From contig CAVSCK010000003.1 of assembly GCA_963726455.1 (NCBI GenBank), positions 704,001 to 768,000 of the forward strand: a stretch of 64,000 nt of DNA, in the 5' to 3' direction. Of this stretch, positions 1-10,082 are shown piece by piece. Position numbers and translations under genes: made by a program. The stretch comes from an uncultured bacterium. Lineage in GTDB: Bacteria > Zixibacteria > MSB-5A5 > CAIYYT01. Numbering within the stretch: position 1 is the first letter of the stretch; each line of letters begins with the position of its first letter. A model generated the notes under the pieces. That model made no database searches. It saw only the letters and a program-made list of their open reading frames with translations, and was not told the DNA's origin.

Positions 1-216
1 CTTGGTGATTGCGGCTTTCTCGTCATCGGGTGATTCACGATACCACTGAACCGAAATTGACGACTTGAATTCCTCGTTCTTGCAGTCACCAAACTGGTCA
101 TAGAGATTTATCAGCCAGACCTGTAGCGCCTCCGTAATGCCATCGGACCGGTAGATCACATGCTGCGATCCCGGTGTATCGGGAAATGTACCGTATATCA
201 GGTGGTCGATCTTCAT
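1..216 (-). CDS. Partial CDS running off the window edge; N-terminus resembles GTPase-associated protein 1 N-terminal (GAP1-N) domains
   Basis: Manual translation from ATG at 216: MKIDHLIYGTFPDTPGSQHVIYRSDGITEALQVWLINLYDQFGDCKNEEFKSSISVQWYRESPDDEKAAITK, open to base 1, directly downstream of the GTPase gene. Family call is by motif resemblance only. Confidence 0.55.
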   Translation of the reverse strand, partial: MKIDHLIYGTFPDTPGSQHVIYRSDGITEALQVWLINLYDQFGDCKNEEFKSSISVQWYRESPDDEKAAITK

Positions 217-287
217 TGGTGCATGGAAGATTGATGAGCCGGTGGCGAGCTTATCATGTTCACACACGGAACGGTGTAGCAGACATA

Positions 288-2150
288 TTAGGGTAACTTG
301 GGTGGCTGTCCCGATTTGAGCTTGACGACAATCCCGTAATCCTTTCCGAAATCAAGGGTGTAGCCCTCGGTGAGCTTCGGATAGAAAGTTTCAATCGGAT
401 TCTCGACGTCCTGTGGCACCGGTTCACCCGTGCTGGAAGGACTGAGGTCGATGAACTTCGCGTGCACCGGGGCGTTGCCTATTCCGGTCACCTGCTTTTC
501 CACTTTGGGTGAATCACCTAGAAGATTCGCGAAGTCGACCGGTGGATTGTCACCGACCTGAATCACGACCTTGCTTTTCGGACGGAGGTTCTCGACTGCC
601 AGAGTGATCTGGAACGGTAGTATCTGTGCCGTCGCCATGCCGGCCTTGAGTTGCGCAGGAGACGCCTCTACTTGCTTCACGAATACAGCATCGAGACTAT
701 CCTTGGGATGATCCTGGAAAAGTTTGGTGATACCGGCTTCAAGCGCCGCCTGTTTATCGGTAGCCGGCAAAGTTGCCACCGAATCTTTCAGCCGCTTGAA
801 ATCATCAGCAGCGGCTTTGGTTTTTTCATCGTAATTCGGCTTCGGCGGTTCTTTCTTTTCCTGTTCGGTTTTCTCGACAGAAATGCGACTATCAATAAAC
901 TGCTGTCGTTCTTTTACAAACTGAATCAGCGGCGCGGCGCCGAAGAACTTGCTGACAGGCGTCTTGTCGTAGTAAGCGGTGTATTTCTCTTTGATGACTT
1001 TGGCCTGGTTCTCGGTGAATTGGCCGTTACTCGTCCGCAACTCGTCCACCAACTTGGTCTCCGCGCGGTCCAGCATGCTATAGAGCTTCAACTGATTGTA
1101 CAGGTTGACAATGCAGAACAGTGCCACCCACATCAAGCAGAGTGCAAACACCCACTTCACCAGGTATCGCCAGAATGCTTTGCGCTTATTGAACATGATG
1201 CGCCGGAATGCCCACTGGAGCGGATCGGCTACGCCGGACGAAGTCAAATCGCGCGGTGGCTCAATATCGCCAGTCGGCCGCTTGGCGATCGCGCCGGTCG
1301 AAGACACGAAGAAGACCTGGAAATCGAGCGTATAGGCACTCACCGAGTCAATGAAATTCGCCAAGGTGTGGCTGATACGCTCGGTCGTCTTGGCCCATAC
1401 CTCGCCAAAACGGCGGTTGTTGACTTTGACAAGTCCGCGGATGAAACTATCCTTGCGCCGGCCTTTGTATAGAGATGCACCACCCGGCACGAGATCGACG
1501 GGATTGATCTTTGAGAATCCGTCCAGGAAATCGGCCTTGGTAATCACGATACCCACCGGCACGCGCTTGGGCACGCAGTCATGCAGGTCGTGCAGGATGG
1601 TCTGAAATGCGGCGATCTGCTCCCGCAACAAGACATCAGTCTCTAGCACCGAAGCGTCAAGGAAGAACAAAGCCGCGCGCGCAAAGGGGAAGAAGCGCGC
1701 GAACTGTTTGCGTAACTCGCCCGGCTGGGCAATCGAGAGGGTTTCTCCCTTATAATCAACGGTATAGAACTTCACGCCTTTGCGAACCGACATGTCGAGG
1801 CCGAATCTGAGAATGCGCGTTTCGGACGTCATCGTCGGGAATTTGCGCTCCCCTTCGATCTCAACTTGCCGGCCTTCTTTGATGCGCAGCAATTTCCCGC
1901 GCATCATATTGTAGTTCTCGATCAGATTGGCGGCGGTATCATTGTCCAGAGGGGACAGTTTGAAATCTTCGTTGCCCTTTAACAATTCGTAGAGCACTGA
2001 GAAGTAAACCGTCTTGCCCGCGTTGGAATGCCCGAAGACGAGCACAACATTATCGTCATGATCAAATGGCGCGTCCGCTGCCTTGGGAGGCGCAGCCGAC
2101 TGCTTCTTGAAAATACCGAAGGCCTTCTTGACAAGTTCCAATGGGCTCAT
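288..2150 (-). CDS. Membrane-anchored TRAFAC-class GTPase-domain protein (N-terminal GTPase, one TM helix, C-terminal extracytoplasmic region)
   Basis: G1 GHSNAGKT, G2-like FPTMTS, G3 DYKGE, G4 TKAD; hydrophobic segment WVFALCLMWVALFCIVNLY; start overlaps the stop of the upstream gene. Confidence 0.8.
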   Translation of the reverse strand: MSPLELVKKAFGIFKKQSAAPPKAADAPFDHDDNVVLVFGHSNAGKTVYFSVLYELLKGNEDFKLSPLDNDTAANLIENYNMMRGKLLRIKEGRQVEIEGERKFPTMTSETRILRFGLDMSVRKGVKFYTVDYKGETLSIAQPGELRKQFARFFPFARAALFFLDASVLETDVLLREQIAAFQTILHDLHDCVPKRVPVGIVITKADFLDGFSKINPVDLVPGGASLYKGRRKDSFIRGLVKVNNRRFGEVWAKTTERISHTLANFIDSVSAYTLDFQVFFVSSTGAIAKRPTGDIEPPRDLTSSGVADPLQWAFRRIMFNKRKAFWRYLVKWVFALCLMWVALFCIVNLYNQLKLYSMLDRAETKLVDELRTSNGQFTENQAKVIKEKYTAYYDKTPVSKFFGAAPLIQFVKERQQFIDSRISVEKTEQEKKEPPKPNYDEKTKAAADDFKRLKDSVATLPATDKQAALEAGITKLFQDHPKDSLDAVFVKQVEASPAQLKAGMATAQILPFQITLAVENLRPKSKVVIQVGDNPPVDFANLLGDSPKVEKQVTGIGNAPVHAKFIDLSPSSTGEPVPQDVENPIETFYPKLTEGYTLDFGKDYGIVVKLKSGQPPKLP

Positions 2151-3061
2151 CGGTACGTCTCCACGACACTATTGGTCTGTTTCAATTCAAGTATTTTCGC
2201 GCGGTGTTGCTTTTCCCAGAATGGACGCACACTCACCGCGGCATAAAGAAATAAGAGAGTCAGAACCAGATAGACGATGTAAACCGGCCAGCGGTCGCGA
2301 AGCACATGAAACACAAAGCGGTAATTGACCACCGACGTAATTGCCGAACCGATCGAATCGAAGAATTTCTTAATCGCCAGGACAAACCGGCTCTTGCCAC
2401 GATAGATATCGTTAACATTGAGATACCACGCCGCAAATTCGCTTTGGTCAGACATTCGACGAAGTTCTTCCTCGGGTGCAAACGAGCGAATGTCAGCTTT
2501 GCGCCCTTGCAATGTGCTGGCGGCGATGTGCAGCATCTTTTTCTGCCATGAATCAGTGCGAACAATTCTCGTAGCGGAGGAAGACACCTGATCTGTTTCG
2601 CGGAAATTGGCCGCAATTTGCGCGTAGCGATTCAGGAGCATCGACTTTAGCGCGTTTTCCTGCTTGCCAAAACGGCGGATTTTCTCGCCAAAAATCAGCG
2701 GCGCTACGGTCATTTCGATGAATTGGCTGTCGTCGGACGTGCCGCGCAATTTCTTGGCGGCCAAAAATGCGTTCTGGCATTGTTGCGGGGGGCGTCTGAC
2801 ATACCAGAAATACAGTGGCAGCAGGTTGGCTACCACCAGCGACAACGGCTGTGCCTGCCGGGGAACGGTATTGACGCGAAGCTTCAAGTGCTCGTCAATT
2901 ATGTTTCCATTTTCACCGGTCATGTCGAGGCGGTCCAGTTCATTGAAGTATGCCTCACTCTCGCGCAGAAACACGTCGGCCGAAAAATCCGGCTGTTGCT
3001 TCTCATAGCGATTGAGCTGGATGAAGATCGAATTGATCAGCGCTTTCAGTTTTTCCGACAT
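2147..3061 (-). CDS. Hypothetical T6SS-associated protein with a C-terminal membrane anchor
   Basis: 304 aa, soluble helical N-terminus, single TM WPVYIVYLVLTLLFLYAAVSV near the C-terminus; 6 nt after tssK. Confidence 0.65.
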   Translation of the reverse strand: MSEKLKALINSIFIQLNRYEKQQPDFSADVFLRESEAYFNELDRLDMTGENGNIIDEHLKLRVNTVPRQAQPLSLVVANLLPLYFWYVRRPPQQCQNAFLAAKKLRGTSDDSQFIEMTVAPLIFGEKIRRFGKQENALKSMLLNRYAQIAANFRETDQVSSSATRIVRTDSWQKKMLHIAASTLQGRKADIRSFAPEEELRRMSDQSEFAAWYLNVNDIYRGKSRFVLAIKKFFDSIGSAITSVVNYRFVFHVLRDRWPVYIVYLVLTLLFLYAAVSVRPFWEKQHRAKILELKQTNSVVETYR

Positions 3062-3067
3062 ACGCTC

Positions 3068-4543
3068 TTATCGCGACCTGCTGAAGATCGCCACATGGTT
3101 CATCTTGACCGCTTCCAGCGCGGCGCGATCCACCTGTCCGTCGATAATTATATTCAGACGATCCAGCCGACTGCTCTTAAGCGGGAAATATTCGTTGGGC
3201 TGAATCAGCCAGAAGTCGGGATTTGTAACGTCGTCGACCGGCTTGCGTGCCACCGATGCGGCGGCGATGTCGTCAACTTCGTTGGCACCCAGGTATATGA
3301 TAACGTTGCTGGCATATTGAATCGGGAGCACCTTTTTGTCGAGCCGCACAATCACGTCCTCGGTACCGCGCGGATCGACACCGTCAATGATGATGTGGTG
3401 CCGATTGTTGCGGAATGAATACTTGACGGCGCCGTGATGTTGCAGAAGGAACCGGAAGCCGTCACGTTCGATTGAATCGGCAGCCCTTCCAGCGGCGCCA
3501 GAGGCATAATAGCTCAGAATTGCCGCGACAAACTTGAGCGCCTTCTCGGTGTCGTCAAAGAATTGCGTCATTTGATCGTAACCGTACTGGCGAGTCTGGT
3601 AGTCACGCAATTCAGGAAGGACCGTTCCGCCGGCAACAGTGCCCGAATCTACGGTCACTTGCGCATTGCGGACATATTCCCGCAACTCGGGATAAATCAG
3701 AAATCCCTGCTGAAATCCGCCCACGAGATCAGTAAAGGAATCTATCAAGGCGCGGCTGCCAACACCGGCAAAACCGTCGAACAAGCGATTGTAGCAGTAA
3801 TTCACAAAATGCAGCAGTGTCTCGGCCTGCAGGAAGACGCCGCGAATGGTTTCTTCCTCGGCTGCCGAGGGCCGGCTCTTCGTCTTGGCACGAACCTCGG
3901 CAATTGCCGCCAATCCGACCCGCTGAATCTCGTCGACCACTTTGCGGAGGCGCTCCATGCGCGAAACCACGGCCTTGCCACAGGTAGTATTCAGCACGGC
4001 AGGAACAAAGTCGGATCTGATTTCGAAGTCGTTTCCGGCGCGTACCAACTCCGTAATTTGAAATCCGCAGGATGAACTAAGACTCTCGGACGGGCCTACC
4101 GAAAGAGTCAGCCGCGGAACCTGGAACGGAAACCGACTCAACTGTTCGCCCGGAAGCGGGTCGCCAAACATTGTCCGATCTTGCGGCGCGGCATATAAGA
4201 AGATCGGCAGTCGCTCGCGAGATTCTTTGGCCAGATCGATCTTCAGTTCCACGGAGTGATACTTGGTGAAATCTTCATTGACATGTATCGGAGTTCCATT
4301 CGGCATCAGTGCGACGCACCGGGTTACTGATAAATAAAGGATGTTGCCGTCGCGGCGTAATTGCAGTTCCAGCGGTTCGTTGCGTATGGTCGCGGGTTTC
4401 GCAATACCATAGCCGCCGGCCAAGTTCGATGCCGCCCAGCGGTTGAGGTTGAGTGCGAAAGTCTCCTGCTGGTTCAGATGGACGCTGGATACCAGCATGC
4501 CATCAATCCAGTTAACTCCCCAAACATTGAATTCATCCATCAT
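3068..4543 (-). CDS. tssK: T6SS baseplate protein TssK (subtype iii-like)
   Basis: N-terminal VNWIDGMLVSSVHL motif, later SDFVPAVL motif; position after tssG; start taken at MMDEF (4543). Confidence 0.75.
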   Translation of the reverse strand: MMDEFNVWGVNWIDGMLVSSVHLNQQETFALNLNRWAASNLAGGYGIAKPATIRNEPLELQLRRDGNILYLSVTRCVALMPNGTPIHVNEDFTKYHSVELKIDLAKESRERLPIFLYAAPQDRTMFGDPLPGEQLSRFPFQVPRLTLSVGPSESLSSSCGFQITELVRAGNDFEIRSDFVPAVLNTTCGKAVVSRMERLRKVVDEIQRVGLAAIAEVRAKTKSRPSAAEEETIRGVFLQAETLLHFVNYCYNRLFDGFAGVGSRALIDSFTDLVGGFQQGFLIYPELREYVRNAQVTVDSGTVAGGTVLPELRDYQTRQYGYDQMTQFFDDTEKALKFVAAILSYYASGAAGRAADSIERDGFRFLLQHHGAVKYSFRNNRHHIIIDGVDPRGTEDVIVRLDKKVLPIQYASNVIIYLGANEVDDIAAASVARKPVDDVTNPDFWLIQPNEYFPLKSSRLDRLNIIIDGQVDRAALEAVKMNHVAIFSRSR

Positions 4544-4583
4544 CAGTTTCACCCATTTAGAACTTGAGGTGCAATATATCTTG

Positions 4584-5501
4584 TCATGCTGTTTCCCGCA
4601 AGAACGTCGAGAAACCCAGGTAAGCCGTACGAGATTCTTCCCCCGGCACAAACGGAGACACGCCGGGAACGAAGTTGTATCGCACCAGAGCGCGCTGATG
4701 CGCGGGCGCGAACAACACTGTCAGATTATCTACCAGATCCCGGCGCGTTCCGGTCGGCGCGAGATCGCGGATATCGGATATTTCGAGGCCATTTACATTT
4801 ATCATGAAAGTGGAGAAATTCTCCTCAAAGGTTGATCCCGGGACAAAATCACGTCCGAGCCGGGAGTTCGCCTTGCCGAGAGAATTTCGAAAAGGCTCGG
4901 GCACGAGATTCTCCTCCGGAATGTTTTCATCGACCGTAACCTGCTTCTTCAGGAATGCCGGCAGTACTCTCTCATAAAGCAGTTTCCTGCCACGGAAGAA
5001 CGGCGCGAAGAAACGTAGCAGGAGCAGGAATCGCCGGTCTTCCTTCGCTATGGACGGCAGATCGCCGCCGAAACGGTCCCAGTATAATAGCTCTGCATCG
5101 CTGTCGTCGATACAGAATAACAGTCTGAGTTTGAGAATGTGGAAGGCAATCCAGAAACGGTACGTGATAGTATCGAAGGCGCTCCAGAACTCAAGGTACT
5201 TGTTTTCCATGACTCCCGGGTGGTGGTCCGACTCATCCATCTGTTCCACGAAAAAGGTGTCAGGGAAATGGTTCTTGAAAGACGGCAGATATGCCGCCAC
5301 CACGCGCTCCTCACGCCTGGACGTACGCGCCGTAAGGGTGCGGATCGCCTCAATGTCGGTTACGAAACCGCCCTGAGCTTCATGACTGATAAATGCGAAT
5401 TCCGCCGCATCAATTCCCAGCGAAGCCAGCAGAAGTGAAAACTCGGTGAGACGGATATGCTCGTTGATGCGGTAATCTGTGGCGACAAAACCGGTTTTCA
5501 T
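4584..5501 (-). CDS. tssG: T6SS baseplate protein TssG
   Basis: LGKANSRLGRDFVPG and FMINVNGL resemble the TssG C-terminal motif; translationally coupled to tssF. Confidence 0.7.
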   Translation of the reverse strand: MKTGFVATDYRINEHIRLTEFSLLLASLGIDAAEFAFISHEAQGGFVTDIEAIRTLTARTSRREERVVAAYLPSFKNHFPDTFFVEQMDESDHHPGVMENKYLEFWSAFDTITYRFWIAFHILKLRLLFCIDDSDAELLYWDRFGGDLPSIAKEDRRFLLLLRFFAPFFRGRKLLYERVLPAFLKKQVTVDENIPEENLVPEPFRNSLGKANSRLGRDFVPGSTFEENFSTFMINVNGLEISDIRDLAPTGTRRDLVDNLTVLFAPAHQRALVRYNFVPGVSPFVPGEESRTAYLGFSTFLRETA

Positions 5502-7252
5502 GCTTCCACCAATCGCGCTTCCAGATGCAGGTTAAGCGGCGTGTAGCTATCGAGATATTCTGAAAGGCGTTGAACCAGGAATCGCCGTTCATCATCGGAA
5601 ATCTTCACGTCAGTACGAAGTCGCACATCAACTATCACCGACGGCAACAACCCGCCGGCGGTGCGGCTGACTCCGCGCGCGGCTTTGGCTTCGACAATTC
5701 GACTGTCAAAGTTGCGCGTCAGATATTCGATTTCTCCCTCTGACAATGCCACGCCGTGGTTGCGCAGGAAGAACCCCGTCAGGCGCTTCATCTCTTCGCG
5801 CGAACGAACGTCCGAGCCACCCGACGAAGTCACCAGATTGCGGATAGTTTGTATCTGCGGATGCGGCTTTGCCAGTTCAAAATCGATTTCGGCGCCGATC
5901 CCGTTGCCACTGTTGCCCTCAGTCACGGAGTATTCTACCACCACGAAATCGGGCGACGCTTTGCCGGTGGGAACAAAATCAAATTTGATTTTCAGCCCGT
6001 CTTCTTCTTCCACAATCATATATTTGCGAGGATTTCCAAAGGCCGTGAGGTCGAGATGGTTCGAATACTCGTCGTCATTGGAATCCCAGACGCGGTCGAT
6101 CGAAAACAGCCGGTCCGGCAACGAACCCGCTTCTTCATCTTCATACTCGAAGAGGTTAACTTCCAGCACCGGCTGGCCCATCGTGTACTTATTGCGATGA
6201 TTTTTGCGGCGGTTGATCGCCAGAATCGTGTTGCTGTCGAAGAAACGGAACTTACGCAAATCGCCTACACGTTCGTCTCTGGCCAGATCGATTCGCAGCC
6301 ACAGACGCGGTGCCTTAAGGCCGCTGAAGTCGATGTGCGAAAACTTGCTTTGCAACTGAGGCGGCAAGAGCATCTTCTCTGCCTTCGCATATTGTTCCTG
6401 CGGAACATGCACAAAACCCTTGGCGGGCGCCAAATAGTGCTTGAAATGCCAGAGCAGACGGCCCGCAGTCAAGAAATCTGAACTGTACAGCCGACTCTGA
6501 AAACTGCTTTCGAGCTCAAATTCGCGGATATCGAGATGCTTGAATATCTCCAGTCGGTCATGGAAGTTTCCCGGCTTGAACGGTGGGGTACGTTGCCCCG
6601 TCGTCTCGACATGCCAATCTACCCAGTTGAGCATCTGTCCGGCCGGCAAGTCCGGTCCGGTATACAGTCTGATGGCGTCGATATCCTCAAGAGGCAAGCC
6701 GGTGGTTATTCCTATATATATGGTACCGCCCAATGGTGGTGGGGCGCTTCGCTGCATCGTGCGGTAGTGCGATGACTGCAGCGTTTCTTCCCACTTGTCC
6801 GCCTCCGGCGGGAGCGCCTTGAGCACGCGGAAATAGTCGCCCGATACGAAAAATACCAGATCGGCGTTGATATCGAAAATGTCCTGGTCATGAAGAGGAT
6901 AGAACGAATAATCGCGCTGCTGCGCGCCTGGCAAGCGACAGATGAATTCCATTTCGGTGTCGACCTGTGCGCGCTTGTCGGAGCAGGAACAAGATAACAT
7001 GGTGAATGCCGGTATGGGCCGACGCAGTCCCGTGACAAAGAAATTCGTGATCATCGTGTCGATGACGGTCTCGGCGGCCTGCTTGAGTTTGTCTTCAGTC
7101 TGAATCGCGTGGAAGGCGAAGCCCTTGAGCATGAGCAGAAGCGCCGGATCCAACTGTTTCTCGCCTGATGGAACCTGATAGCCCCAGAAACGCAGCCGGT
7201 CTACAAGTTCATTATATACGCGCTCTTCGCGATCTGTCCACTTGGCGTTCAA
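5498..7252 (-). CDS. tssF: T6SS baseplate protein TssF
   Basis: 584 aa; N-terminal LDPALLLMLKGFA and RRPIPAFTM; C-terminal YSVTEGNSGNGI and SSGGSD baseplate-wedge motifs; between tssE and tssG. Confidence 0.8.
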   Translation of the reverse strand: MNAKWTDREERVYNELVDRLRFWGYQVPSGEKQLDPALLLMLKGFAFHAIQTEDKLKQAAETVIDTMITNFFVTGLRRPIPAFTMLSCSCSDKRAQVDTEMEFICRLPGAQQRDYSFYPLHDQDIFDINADLVFFVSGDYFRVLKALPPEADKWEETLQSSHYRTMQRSAPPPLGGTIYIGITTGLPLEDIDAIRLYTGPDLPAGQMLNWVDWHVETTGQRTPPFKPGNFHDRLEIFKHLDIREFELESSFQSRLYSSDFLTAGRLLWHFKHYLAPAKGFVHVPQEQYAKAEKMLLPPQLQSKFSHIDFSGLKAPRLWLRIDLARDERVGDLRKFRFFDSNTILAINRRKNHRNKYTMGQPVLEVNLFEYEDEEAGSLPDRLFSIDRVWDSNDDEYSNHLDLTAFGNPRKYMIVEEEDGLKIKFDFVPTGKASPDFVVVEYSVTEGNSGNGIGAEIDFELAKPHPQIQTIRNLVTSSGGSDVRSREEMKRLTGFFLRNHGVALSEGEIEYLTRNFDSRIVEAKAARGVSRTAGGLLPSVIVDVRLRTDVKISDDERRFLVQRLSEYLDSYTPLNLHLEARLVEA

Positions 7253-7255
7253 ATG

Positions 7256-7603
7256 CTAGATCTCCCAGGAAAGGTCAAAGCGTTGCCCGTCACGAGCGGT
7301 GCCATATACGCGACAAGTAAAGGTGGCAGTGATGGTCTCTTCAACCTTGTCGGATATTGTCACGTTTACGGAGATGCCCATGTACCGCCGGAATTGTTCG
7401 ATGACGTGATTGCGAACTTCAGTCTTAAGGTCGGTGGAATATTCGGGAGTAAAGTATGCCGAACGACAGCCCAACTCGGGATCAGGGCGATAGCTGCCCA
7501 GCTCGGTTTCAATGAGAAACCGGGCAAATTCCTCCGATTGGCTGCTGCGCAGGAAGCGGCAGTCTTTTATTTCTAATGGTACCCGAAGCGCTTCGTCGGC
7601 CAT
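7256..7603 (-). CDS. tssE: T6SS gp25-like baseplate protein TssE
   Basis: 115 aa; LIETELGSYRPDPELGC resembles the gp25 T..GE...P.FG motif. Confidence 0.7.
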   Translation of the reverse strand: MADEALRVPLEIKDCRFLRSSQSEEFARFLIETELGSYRPDPELGCRSAYFTPEYSTDLKTEVRNHVIEQFRRYMGISVNVTISDKVEETITATFTCRVYGTARDGQRFDLSWEI

Positions 7604-7606
7604 AGT

Positions 7607-9466
7607 TTAGTTTAGTGAAATCGGCGATCCCTTGACGGTAACCGGTCCTTTCCCGCTAATATCCATCATTGCCGCACTCTGTTGCAGGTTCCCCTGCGCA
7701 TCCAGCGTCATCATGCCGCTGCTTTTGACTTCGGCGCCGCCGCCGCCTGCTTTGATCTTGCAGGAAGTCTTGGCGTCAATCGACACGTTCTGCGCCTCCA
7801 ACTTGAAATCACCGTCGGCCTTAAGAGTAATATTACCTTTGACGGTGAGGTTGTAATCTTTATCGGCAGTGATGTTGATTGTATTCTCTTTCGAATCTAT
7901 GATCATCGTGTTCTTGCCGGTGCGATCTATAATCTTGATCTTACCCGAGCCATCTTTATCATCGATGGCGATCTGGTGCCCCGAACGTGTATAGATAACC
8001 TTGAGATCATTCTTGCTGGCTTCGCCGTCGCTGCCCTTCGGATCGATTGCACTTTGCGGCGGCTTGTCGGTGCCATTCCACATCGCCCCCAGCACGATCG
8101 GCATGTTGGGATCGCCCATTTCAAAGGCGACCAAAACCTCGTCCGCAATTTCGGGCATGAAGTAGATACCTCTATTATTTCCGGCATACCCACTGATCGT
8201 GCGCAGCCAGGGACTGATCAGGTCGCTGCCATTTTCACCCTTGGCAGGGAATTTTACTTTGACGCGTCCGCGTAAGTCCGGATCAACATTATCGGTGACG
8301 ATCGCGGTTATCGGATCGGTACGCACTTCATGCTTGACCTGCGGCCAGGGCGGACAGGCGCTTTCCAGCGGGCTTGCGGTCACAAAATTATGGTAATCGG
8401 TGCCGGTCTCGATATGGTGCATGATTGAGGTTATGATAAAGACGCCCGTGTAGGTGTCGCCCATGCCTTCAAGTTGAATCGCGTCCCCAACCTTCAGTGA
8501 CGGGACGTTAGTTTGCAGGTGACATTCAGTCAACGAGCCAAGTTGCTCGGCCTGCATCGCTTCCGTGACTTGCTTTTCTTGCGCCGCCTTGGAATCGCCG
8601 CGCGTGGGAAGTATCGCTGACGACACCTTGCCCATATTCTGTCCCGAGGCGTTGTAGGCCTTCTTGGCTATCCCCGAGAATTGCGTTTGGGGAGCCGGCT
8701 GGTTCTTTTCGATTACGCTCTTGGCGGCCTCGTCCCAGGTGTAGTTCTTGTACTTGAAGCCGGTCACATTCATTTTGAGATTCGCCGAGCCAATGTGTTT
8801 CTGCCAGGTCAGAGTATGAGTGTTCCGGCTTTTCTTCTCCTCGACGACCAGCTTCTTGCCGTCATAGAACACCCAGCCCGGATAAGTCTTCCATCCAGAT
8901 GTCAGATATTCCCAGTCGGTCAAGCCCCATTTGGTCCAGAAATCTCTGGTGGCGGCGCCGCTAACTGAGATTGACCCGGTATCGATATTGTATTGACCCA
9001 TAATCGTGCGGACGATGTCCTCAAATGACATATTCTCAAAGAAGACGTATCCCCGGCTCTGATCGGTGAGAATCGTCGGGCTCATGGCTTCGATTACGAT
9101 TCTGTTCATTTCACCGCCGGTGTTGGAAAACCCGACGTTCGTAATCAATCCAAAAAATTCAAGTGCCTCTCCGGCGGCGACATACTCGTCGGCGGGAGTG
9201 ATCTTAAGACTCACGCTTTTGCCGATCGTATCCTGATACTTGGTGGTCGACACAAACTCCCGGCCCTGGTTGGCGGCCTCGATGTCGAGCGAAAATTCCA
9301 GCACCAACCGATGATGAGCAAAGACGCTTTGCTCAAGCCGGAACGACTGCAACGGCCAGTTGACGGCGACGTTGGCTATCATAACCGTGGCTGACACCAC
9401 GCAGCGTGAGTGCACGTCGGCTTCAGTCATTTGCGGTCGGTTACTATTGGGATCAAGTTCCGGCAT
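7607..9466 (-). CDS. vgrG: T6SS spike protein VgrG/TssI
   Basis: gp27-like N-terminus, gp5 OB-fold VTDNVDPDLRGRVKV...PEIADEVLVAFEMGDPNMPIVLG, short beta-helix tail; no effector extension. Confidence 0.92.
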   Translation of the reverse strand: MPELDPNSNRPQMTEADVHSRCVVSATVMIANVAVNWPLQSFRLEQSVFAHHRLVLEFSLDIEAANQGREFVSTTKYQDTIGKSVSLKITPADEYVAAGEALEFFGLITNVGFSNTGGEMNRIVIEAMSPTILTDQSRGYVFFENMSFEDIVRTIMGQYNIDTGSISVSGAATRDFWTKWGLTDWEYLTSGWKTYPGWVFYDGKKLVVEEKKSRNTHTLTWQKHIGSANLKMNVTGFKYKNYTWDEAAKSVIEKNQPAPQTQFSGIAKKAYNASGQNMGKVSSAILPTRGDSKAAQEKQVTEAMQAEQLGSLTECHLQTNVPSLKVGDAIQLEGMGDTYTGVFIITSIMHHIETGTDYHNFVTASPLESACPPWPQVKHEVRTDPITAIVTDNVDPDLRGRVKVKFPAKGENGSDLISPWLRTISGYAGNNRGIYFMPEIADEVLVAFEMGDPNMPIVLGAMWNGTDKPPQSAIDPKGSDGEASKNDLKVIYTRSGHQIAIDDKDGSGKIKIIDRTGKNTMIIDSKENTINITADKDYNLTVKGNITLKADGDFKLEAQNVSIDAKTSCKIKAGGGGAEVKSSGMMTLDAQGNLQQSAAMMDISGKGPVTVKGSPISLN

Positions 9467-9496
9467 TTGTTCCTCTGGTTTTGTCCGTGTGGCGGC

Positions 9497-9534
9497 TAAA
9501 AGAGCGGGAAGGGAGCGTGTACTCGCCTTCCCGC
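9497..9534 (-). terminator. Intrinsic terminator-like hairpin after hcp
   Basis: On the minus strand GCGGGAAGGCGAG-TACACG-CTCCCTTCCCGC followed by TCTTTT. Confidence 0.65.
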
Positions 9535-9558
9535 CACTATCTCAGTGCCCCGATGGGC

Positions 9559-9973
9559 TCATTTGCCTTTCCAGTCCTTCTTGTACTCGACACCGTTGAC
9601 ATCCACCAACTCGGCGGAAATCTCGAAGTACTCGTACATCTGCTCGTTCGGCATGGCCGACGTGGACGGAACGTGCTCTTCGTAGTGCGTGACAAAGCCG
9701 TTCTGCCACTTGAGAACCTTCAGTTCCTTCTTCAGGTTGGGATCCTTGAAGGTGATCTCACCGGCCTTGCGATTGACCTGCGAAGAGTCAAATGCCCAGC
9801 TGCGCGATGCCGACGTTGTCATCTGACTCGCGGCTGATCTTGATCTTCAGACCACACGGGATCGAACTGGGCTTGCCGTCCGTGGTGTCATGAGGCGTGA
9901 AGATTTCATAACTGACCGAGCGCACTTTGTCGAACTTCTCGCCGTCAATCTTGAGTTCTACTTCTTGTGCCAT
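9559..9973 (-). CDS. tssD: T6SS tube protein TssD/Hcp (subtype iii); one apparent +1 insertion near 9799
   Basis: ORFs 9788-9973 and 9559-9822 join into 137 aa on removing one base (GIAQ-WAFDS). Motifs SVSYE..DGKPSS..G.KI and GEITF..LKW..GFVTHYEE are typical of Bacteroidota-type TssD. Confidence 0.85.
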
Positions 9974-10082
9974 TGGTTGGCTTCCTCCTACTATCGTTTA
10001 CAGTCTCTGTTTCTCTGTTTCTGGGCTTCTTCCTGCCGCTTTCACCCATAACTGTCGAGATACCCCTCGGAGCGGTTCAGAA

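Noticed and set aside
651-1472. Long antisense ORFs (for example 651-1472, 22688-23770, 30541-31605, 32915-33970)
   Set aside because: Shadow frames of well-supported genes on the opposite strand, expected with GC-rich codon usage.
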